Positions 40,952 through 49,972 of a DNA stretch of 64,000 nucleotides are shown piece after piece; position 1 is the stretch's first letter; each line of letters starts with the position of its first letter. The DNA comes from Eledone cirrhosa (lineage: Eukaryota), in the NCBI GenBank assembly GCA_964016885.1, contig OZ024740.1, positions 98,518,001 to 98,582,000 of the forward strand, read 5' to 3'. The notes below the pieces were generated by a model. That model was not told the origin of the DNA and did not search any database. It was given only the letters and a program-made list of their open reading frames with translations. Both the position numbers and the translations under genes were made by a program.

Positions 40952-41545
40952 GACACACACATTCACCTACCATTAAGCTATACACACACATATTACTTAG
41001 GATATATACACTTTCAGTTCTAGTTCCAGAGAAAGAGAGAGAGCAGGGTAAGAGAGAGACAGGAGGGGAAAAGGGGGGGAGGCAAAAAAAATCACAGAAT
41101 GCTGTCATCTAGAGAAATATTAGGTGATGATTTAATCTTACAATTGATTTCTATGTTGTGGCAAGTATTTCATAGTGATTATAATATTTCAGATGAAATA
41201 AAACTATTTATTAGATCACTGAGATATTTCTTCAGCATTATAGCTCCATTAAACTTTGTCCCACCAATCAGAGTATCAAAGCTTATTGCCATTGAATGCC
41301 AGATTCCCATTAAAAATTGTCTTTGCTTTGCTTTGCAAGGTTAGTTGTGAAAGGTAGTTTTGATGTGTCAAAACCACACATACACATACCTTCTTCATAT
41401 GCATTAATAAATTCTTATATATATATATATATCCATACATAAATAAATACACCTCTACATGCATCCATGTACTCACATAATTGTTTATAAATAATATAAG
41501 TATATACAAACATATACATCTATATCTATAACTATATATATATGA

Positions 41546-41983
41546 TCATCATCATCACCGTTTTACGTCCGTTCTTCCACGCTAGCATCGGTTAAACGGG
41601 TTGTCCTGATGCGGGCAGTGTCTGGCTGGCTGACCTTGTCTTGCTCATAAGGGAACTGATTCTGGCTTGCTTTCTACAGCTGGATGCCCATCCTAACACG
41701 AACGTCATTTACAGTGAGTGCGGGGTTCTTTTCTTTTCCGGGGCGCCTACACGTCCAATTTACAGTGTGGGCTGGGTGCTTTTTTAACATGGCACCTCCA
41801 TGAGCACTTTGCAGTGGAATGATAGGGAACCCAGTCCTATCATCTCCTTTCTACAGCTGAGTAAACTGGAGCAATGTGAAATAAAGTGTCTTGCTCAAGG
41901 AAACAACACAACACCCGGTCTGAGAATTGAACTCACAACCTTTCGATTGCAAGCCCAATGCTCTAACCACTAAGCCATGCACC
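41546..41983 (-). mobile_element. SINE family B
   Basis: Reverse complement of the 36274-36596 head and body with a longer RTE-type tail. Confidence 0.85.
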
Positions 41984-42000
41984 TTCACATATATATATAT

Positions 42001-42352
42001 CTCAAAGGCGATGACACACGATCATGACCTCTGGCGTCACGCAGTAATACAGAAGACCCAACCGCCCCCCCCGCCCCCACGTGTACAAGCCGAAGCTGAA
42101 GCATATAGACAATATGCCTCCACCCCCACCCACTGTAAAGTGGACATGTAGGCGCCACAGAAAAAAGCACCCAGCACTCACTGTAAATGAGGTTGGTGTT
42201 AAGAAGGGCATCCAGCTGTAGAAATCAAGCCAGAATCAGTTCCCATATGAGCAAGATATGGTCAACCAACCGACTACTGCCCTCAACAGGACAACTCGTC
42301 TAACCCATGCTAGCATGGAAGAACGGACGTAAAATGGTGATGATGATGATGA
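42001..42352 (+). mobile_element. RTE 3' end fragment
   Basis: SKAMTHDHDLWRHAVIQKTQ then 3'UTR and (TGA)n, as in 34281-34943. Confidence 0.85.
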
Positions 42353-42448
42353 TATATATATAAACATTTATGTACACCACACACACATATATATATATAT
42401 TTATGTATATATATATATATATGTTTATATATATATATATATATATAT

Positions 42449-42885
42449 AACGAAGGAAATGTGGTAAGGAACCAGGTGGACCATAATGCACCAAAGTACT
42501 CAATACTTGGGGTAGTAGAGTGGGTAATAGGAACCAGTAAGACCCCTTTATGTCCTCGATGCAAGAGTGGTTGGCCTTTTTATAGGTGGAGTTTAGGCTG
42601 CTCCTGATCAGTGTGTGGTATCTGTCAGGGTTGACAAAGTATAGGTTCCCAGTTTTATCCGAATGCACCATGATGTCATTGGTGTTATCATACTCTGTTA
42701 AGTTGCTACGGAGTTTTTGTAGGAATCGGTTGTGTCTGGGTTTAAATTTAATGTTCTTGACCAGTTGGAAGAGGTCATTCTCGAAGGGTGAGAGCAAGGG
42801 GTTCGGGGGCGGAGATTTGTAGGTCCGAATCTCTCCTTGGTGCCGAAGTCCTGGTTGTCGCAATAGGGGTCTTACTGGTTCCTAT
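42449..42885 (+). mobile_element. Unclassified (TA)n-embedded element, copy C, enclosing a PLE RT fragment
   Basis: 78-bp head and perfect 21-bp inverted repeats at 42527-42547 and 42865-42885. The interior encodes (- strand) PFENDLFQLVKNIKF..FLQKL..VHSDKTGNLY..Y..STYKKA. Confidence 0.8.
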
Positions 42886-42902
42886 ATATATATATATATA
42901 TA

Positions 42903-43793
42903 CAGGGTGTGGACGATATTTGTTCGCAATTTTCAATTGCTAATTTTATGCAAATTTTTTTTACTTCCGTTATCACTCTTGTCTTCATAAAAACAGTGAC
43001 TATATTTCCCTTATTTATTTTCAGAATAATTGATTATGAATAATTTTGAACCTCCAAATTTGTGGAAGAGACACGGAGTTCTCCTTGGAATCTGCGCCGG
43101 GACGACAAATAAGGAAATTTCAGACTTTCTCAGCATCAGCAGGAGAATGGTGACTCATCCAAAGACGTGCCCAGAGTCATGCAGACAAAGTTTCCAGTGA
43201 CAACATTGGTCTTAGGTGTCATCAGCAGTCAAGGTGATGTCATGCCACCTCACTTTTTCCTTGAGGGCCTCAAGCTGAACACCGATGGCTACATCCGCGT
43301 TCTGAGCAAGGTAGTAAAGCCCTGGATCGACCAGGTAGCTGCAGGTAGGCCGTACGTGTGGCAGCAAGACTCAGTGCCCTGCCATACCAGCCGAAAGACC
43401 CAAGCCTGGCTGTCAGAGAACTTCGTCGACCACACTTCACCTGACATCTGGCCTCACAGCTCGCCTGACTGCAACCCCCTCGACTTCTTTGTTTGGGGCA
43501 CATTGGAACGAGACACCAACAGATCTAGCTGCAATACGAAAGACGATCTGAAGGCCAGGATCACAAGGGCCTTTAGGGGCCTAAGTTGGGGATAGTGTCG
43601 AAGGCCTGTAGCCGGTTCTGAGGCCGCCTTGAGGCCCTCATCAAAGCCAATGGCCGGTTTATTGAGTGAGATCAAAAGAACAAGTCATGAAGACAAACTG
43701 ACCCAAGTTTGATAAATATATCTTAAAAAATAAAACTACTGTCTTTCTTTTTCCTAGACAGTAATCTAGTGAACAAATATCGTCCGCACCCTG
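42903..43793 (+). mobile_element. Internally deleted Tc1/mariner transposon, DD37D (maT) family
   Basis: TIRs CAGGGTG(T/C)GGACGATATTTGTTC with TA on both sides. ORF 43167-43595 has WQQD-x37-D (WPHSSPDCNPLDFFVWG). N-terminal HTH fragment at 43036-43150; the middle is deleted. Confidence 0.92.
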
Positions 43794-44305
43794 TATATAT
43801 ATATATTTGATATATATACACATATATTTACATATATATATACTGAATGTGTGTGTGTGTCAAAGCTATATTTTTGGCCTTGTACGTAAATCCAACTATA
43901 GTGAATTGTCAAGTGCAGAGGCATGCAACCAATATTAGCAGTATATATAATTCATAATTTCTCTAGCAATAACTACAATAAATAGATATCAATTACAGAG
44001 CAGTGTAGACCAGTATATATAAACTGTATATTGTCATCTATAAAGCTCTGCCTTATGCCATACACCTACTATGTATTAGCAGTGTGTCAGATTGTTAAAA
44101 AATGGGAGGACATTATCCTCAGATAGCAAACGCGACACAAATGCTTGCAATAGAGTGGACTGTGCTTAGATTACATGGGATGACCATGTTCACTTTTTAT
44201 TATCATGAGCCTAATAGGTTATTGCCCTTGGTTTACATTTTGAAAATTATCAAGAGCATGGAGAGATTTAGTGAAATAATTAATTTCTTTTATTATTAAG
44301 CTGAT

Positions 44306-44414
44306 ATCCCGCCGAGGTTAACTTTACCTTTCATCCTTACGGGGTCGATAAAATAAAGTACCAGTAATGCACTGGGTAAGTGCTGGCCTTGTGCCAAAAG
44401 TAGTAACATTTATT
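44306..44414 (+). mobile_element. SINE family A, 3' half
   Basis: Same body. Flanked by an apparent TTTATTAAGCTGATATC-like duplication. Confidence 0.8.
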
Positions 44415-45663
44415 AAGCTGATATCTGGAGCATAACATCACAGATTCTTACATAAAATTAGGATGGAATGTGTTTAGATAAATATTAACACACTAAAGTA
44501 AACAGCTTTGTATCATAATACCAGAAATGGTTTCAGGGAATTAGTATTGAAAAGGTTAAACTAGGGAAAAGATAAAATGTACAGCTTAAGTGGAGAATGA
44601 ACATTTTGATAGACTTGCTTCCACATTATTTACATCAACCAGATTTCATTCACATGTCTTTGATTAACATAATCCTATGATGAAAAATATGTGTCCAAAG
44701 ACCATGCAAAGGGACATTACATAGTTATGAAACAAAACATACTTCCTAACCAAGCATCAATGCCTGTGCCCAGATGCTAACCCAGAGTGAGTAGACTAAT
44801 GATCAAAGGCATTCAAATTGACCATCTCATTGTATTTAACTGGGGCAAAATCCATTGTCTTTCCTTAATTAACACATTTGATACCAAAGAACTTGAAACA
44901 TACTCTCATTTTATGATGCAAATACAATTAAATTAAAACTTTCAATCTTAATGTTATATAAAACCTTTGAGTCAAGATCTAATCACAAGCTTAATAAGAA
45001 GAATATTAGCTCTATTACTAAATCCCTTCAAATCCTTGATTATTTTCAAAACGTTTTGAAAATCTTAGGCATCAGTCTGGATATGAAACTCACAACCTTT
45101 ATATTATCATCATTTCATCATTTCATTTTACGTCCGCTTTTCCCTGCTTGCAAGGGTGGGACGGGAACTGAGCTAAGCCTCTTATAACCACGAAAAAAAT
45201 ACCACGGAGGCGGAGGGGGTATTCATATCGAGGCCGGTTCATATTGATACTGGTTCAGTCTGGTTCAAACTGAATTGGTCTGTCCCAGCCATTCATTGAG
45301 CAACATCGGTGAAGTTGGCACCCTTAACTCACAGTTGGGTGCGGATGCATTCATGTATATATGTGTGTGTCCGCATGTATCTGTGTGTTTCTAAATGTAT
45401 TAATAACTCCCTCTGGTCGAGCAATCTTTGAGGTGTGGGGACAACTGGAAAGCTTCCATTACTCATACTTCTCGCCTTCTTCACTACCTCTTCTACGGCC
45501 TCGATATGAATACCCCCTCCGCCTCCGTGGTATTTTTTTCGTGGTTATAAGAGGCTTCGCTCTGTTTCTCGACCGTTATATCGCGTGACTATCTCCCCCT
45601 CCGCCTTTTGGGATTCTTTCTCACGTCGTGTAGACGCGTTCTTGAGACTAGTAAAATGAGGTA

Positions 45664-45751
45664 TCCTCTTGATAAGTCGGCAGACCTCGCAAGGACTCTA
45701 TATCTTTGATATATTGTTTTTGTTTATGCCACGAAACTACGTAATCGAGGA
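45664..45751 (+). ncRNA. Type I hammerhead ribozyme, U3-A8 variant (unit 1, stem III mismatch)
   Basis: TCCTC-TTGATAA-GTCGGCA..TGCCAC-GAA-ACTACGTAAT-C-GAGGA. Confidence 0.65.
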
Positions 45752-46254
45752 ATTTAGGAACAGTTTAGGTATGATACATTTTATTACTAATTATATCTAA
45801 ATGTTTCTTCTCTCTTCATAATGTATTTTTAACTCTGATACTGGTTCAGTCTGGTTCAAACTGAATTGGTCTGTCCCAGCCATTCATTGAGCAACATCGG
45901 TGAAGTTGGCACCCTTAACTCTCAGTTGGGTGCGGATGCATTCATGTATATATGTGTGTGTCCGCATGTATCTGTGTGTTTCTAAATGTATTAATAACTC
46001 CCTCTGGTCGAGCAATCTTTGAGGTGTGGGGACAACTGGAAAGCTTCCATTACTCATACTTCTCGCCTTCTTCACTACCTCTTCTACGGCCTCGATATGA
46101 ATACCCCCTCCGCCTCCGTGGTATTTTTTTCGTGGTTATAAGAGGCTTAGCTCTGTTTCTCGACCGTTATATCGCGTGACTATCTCCCCCTCCGCCTTTT
46201 GGGATTCTTTCTCACGTCGTGTAGACGCGTTCTTGAGACTAGTAAAATGAGGTA

Positions 46255-46342
46255 TCCTCTTGATAAGTCGGCAGACCTCGCAAGGACTCTATATCTTTGA
46301 TATATTGTTTTTGTTTATGCCACGAAACTACGTAGTCGAGGA
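46255..46342 (+). ncRNA. Type I hammerhead ribozyme, U3-A8 variant (unit 2, intact)
   Basis: Stem I TCCTC/GAGGA, core TTGATAA, stem II GT(C)GGCA/TGCCAC, GAA, palindromic stem III ACTACGTAGT, GUC cleavage triplet (C46337). Confidence 0.75.
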
Positions 46343-46431
46343 ATTTAGGAACAGTTTAGGTATGATACATTTTATTACTAATTATATCTAAATGTTTCTT
46401 CTCTCTTCATAATGTATATATATATATATAT

Positions 46432-47895
46432 ATATAGTGAAGAGTTTAGTGTAAAAGTTGGTGTTCATCAGGGCTCTGTTCTTAGCCCCCTACTATTTAT
46501 GATTGCCCTCCAGGCTATAACAGTGGAGTTCAAGACTGGCTGCCCATGGGAACTCCTATACGCAGATGATCTAACGCTCATAGCTGAATCAATGGCCGAG
46601 CTAGAGAAGAAATTCCAAACATGGAAGCACGGCCTAGAATCAAAAGGCCTTAAAATTAACCTGGCTAAGACTAAAGTTCTAGTTTGTAAGAAAGAAAATA
46701 AGGCGCCGGTCCCCTCCGGGAAGTGGCCATGCGCAGAGTGTAGGAAAGGCGTAGGTAGAAATTCCATTTTGTGTCCCAAATACAAAGTTTGGGTGCATAA
46801 AAGATGTAGTGGGATCACAGGTAAGCTAACTAAGAACATAGATTTTAAATGTGGCCGGTGTTCTGGGGCAATAAGTAGCAGCAAGTGCCCACTAAATACT
46901 AGCTCTTTCAACTGCGCAGAGGTTCTATAGAAATAGTGGACAGCTTCCGTTACCTGGGTGACAAAATCAGCAGTGGGGGAGGGTGCTCTGAAAGTACAGT
47001 AGCTAGAGTCAGAACTGGATGGAAAAAGTTCAGAGAGCTTATACCACTATTAGCCGCTAAAGGGTTCTCCCTAAAAATGAAAGGCAGGTTGTATGATGCC
47101 TGCATATGAACAGCAATGCCGCATGGCAGTGAGACCTGGGCATTGTGTGCAGAGGATATACGCAGACTAGAGAGAAAAACGAAGCTTGCATGCTCCGCTG
47201 GATGTGTAATAGTAATATACGTGAACGGCAAAGCATAAACGAACTAAGGAAAAAATTAGAAATAAGAGGGATCAGATGTTGTTTACTAGAGAGAAGGCTA
47301 CGTTGGTATGGTCACGTGATGCGCATGAAGGACGATAGCTGTATAACAAAGTGCAGGGCAATAAAGATAGACGGTAGCCACGGAATAGGCAGATCCAGAA
47401 AAACCTGGGATGAGCTGATAAACTCCGACCTCACACACTTACACCTCACCAAGACAATGTCACTGGACTGAGACCTTTGGCGGTACTCAGTAATAGAGAA
47501 GACCCTCCTTACCTAAATACAAAGTAAAACCTACTACAGTCAGTAGGCATCTCTAACAAAATACACCCCCGCCCCATCCACACCGCCCCCTTCTATGTAA
47601 AGTTATGTTGGTGCCACATCATCCAGGCCGAAACAAATGAGATCGTGTAGGTGTCATGACAAAAAAACACACAGTCCACGCTGTAATGTGGCCGTGTAGG
47701 CAACACGTTAAAAACCTCCCAGCCCCACACTGTAAATGTGGTTGGTGTTAGGAAGGGCATCCAACTGTAGAAAACCTGCCAGACAGTCCTATGCGAGCAA
47801 GACAATCACTCTTGCCTCAAGTGGGAAAACCCCCGTCCAAACCCATGCAAGCGTGGAACATGGACGTTAAACGTTGATGATGATGATGATGATGA
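46432..47895 (+). mobile_element. 5'-truncated RTE LINE
   Basis: ORFs 46412-46930 and 47145-47471 (GVHQGSVLSPLLF, YADD, PHD-like finger, RWYGHVMR); (TGA)n tail. Confidence 0.95.
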
Positions 47896-48258
47896 TATAT
47901 ATATATTAGAATAAAACTTTTTCGCATAAGAAAACAGATAATTGTAAGTGAAGAAGTTATTACAGCTCAAAATATGAGATTTATTACACTTAAAAGGCTA
48001 CATAAAATTCTATTTGTAAGAAATCCTTATTTTAGATGTTTAAGTACACTCATAGAGCAAACATTGCACTGAAAATAAGGCCAAAGATTGTTAATTATAT
48101 TATATTTTAATTAACTCACTGTTCTTCCATATCATAAAAAGTATAATTAATTATTAGTTAATCAATTATATGAACAAATGATTGGATTCATCAGAATTAA
48201 TAAAAAATACTAGAATTAATATAATATAATTAACAGTCTTTGATCTTCTTTTCAATGT

Positions 48259-48301
<43 letters not shown>

Positions 48302-49904
48302 AATAATATATGAGAGGAAAGACTAGACAAAGAATTACCTATTTTTTCTTCAAAGTTCCTACTGCTGTTTCATCAACAATTTTGCAACATTGTTGCACCA
48401 ACACTGTGAGGCTGCCGAAACGTCAGGAGACCCCTGATTATGTGGACTGTATCTTGAGACAAACCGTAAGAAATTGAATATTTTTCTGGGTTAAGAAATC
48501 ATCATGTGGTATAGGTCACAAAAGGGAGGTCAAGGCTGGACATTTAGCGAGTGCCACATTTGATAGAAAAAGTAGCCAGCACCTGCCTAATTAAATACAT
48601 ATATATATATAAATATATGTGTGTGATATCCTGCTTTGCCCAGTTTTGCTCTATAAGCGAACGAGTCAAAATAATCATTTAATCAGAGCTATTTATGAAA
48701 TTATAAATGCGAGGAAATAATAGATAAAGAATTACCTATTTTTTTCAAAGTCCCCACTGCAGATTCATCAACCGTTTGACAACATCATTTCACCAGTGTT
48801 CCACTAACGCTGTGAGGCTGTCAAATCTTCAGGAGAGGGTTGTATGTATGTGTTTATGTTTGTATATATATGTCTGTCTTTATCTGTATTTACTGTTTTT
48901 GTACATCTTGTTTACTTAACAGTTTGAAAAAAATAGATTGATATGTTAAGTATCAGACTAAATAAATAAATACTTTAAGTTGGTGTTCCACCATAGTTTC
49001 ATTCTAATGCTTGCTAGAACCAGTTACATAATATAAGAATAATATATATAGAGAAAAACTTATTAAAAATTTCATATTGAATTATAAATGCTTACAAACA
49101 AAAGTGGAGAAAATAAAGAAGACTGTGGGAAAGAAAAGTCTAGAAACTCAGTTGGATATCTCAGCTGTGTCCTGCACACAAAGTGGAGGAAACAATTGCC
49201 AAGGAGAACAGCCAACAATATCCTCTGCATCAACCATTTCAGCTCGTGGGGCTTGACCTCAGGAGAGATGTCTTCCTCCAGATTTTTCAGAGGAAAAGAG
49301 CTGTCTGGGGATTGGATATATTGGCCATCTTGATGGTAACTGTATTTCTGATGAGAAAGAATGAAATTGGCAGAAATAGCAATCCAAAGTAAGTACAGGA
49401 ATAGAATAGCAACAAAATGCCAAAATTTGATGGAGAAGGAACCAGAACATTTAAAAAAAGTACAATGAAAATAACAAAAATATGTCAGGTATTTTCCACA
49501 AATTTATTTATTTACTTGTGTCCTAATATTTTTCTATTGCAAAAAACAAAAACAAAATAAATAATAAAATAATAATAATAATTTTTTAAAATGATATATT
49601 TTCATTTTTCAGTTATTTTTCCATTAAAGCTACATGAGAATAAATTGCATTTTATTTTCTAAAAGATGACAAAGTGCATTTCTATTTGTTTAGTTATTTA
49701 TATAGTTAGTTATGTACAAATCAAACACCCAGATATGCACACACACATACACTTGTACACAACACACAGGCGCAACTGTATAAATACATATATGAAAAAA
49801 ATGTTGTTTTGCGTAAATAGTAATTTTTATTATAGATATTATTGTCTGTCTATCATTTAAAAATTTGTTTTTTATTATTTATCTTATACATTCTAGATAT
49901 ATTT

Positions 49905-49972
<68 letters not shown>

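Larger units (their letters stand above)
45170..46417 (+). mobile_element. Non-coding 591-bp tandem dimer with a 67-bp inverted 5' piece (PLE pLTR array or retrozyme-like element)
   Basis: Units 45245-45835 and 45836-46417 are nearly identical. 45170-45236 is the reverse complement of 46087-46153. Each unit contains a hammerhead motif. Confidence 0.85.

Noticed and set aside
45361-46179. Duplicated 75-aa ORF in the 591-bp units; also the idea that the units are LTRs
   Set aside because: Non-ATG start and no recognisable motif. The units abut directly with no PBS, PPT or TG..CA ends.
48404-48427. Hammerhead-like CTGTGAGGCTGCCGAAACGTCAGG
   Set aside because: The core lacks A6, the stem II loop is 1 nt, there is no stem I, and the related copy at about 48810 lacks GAAAC.
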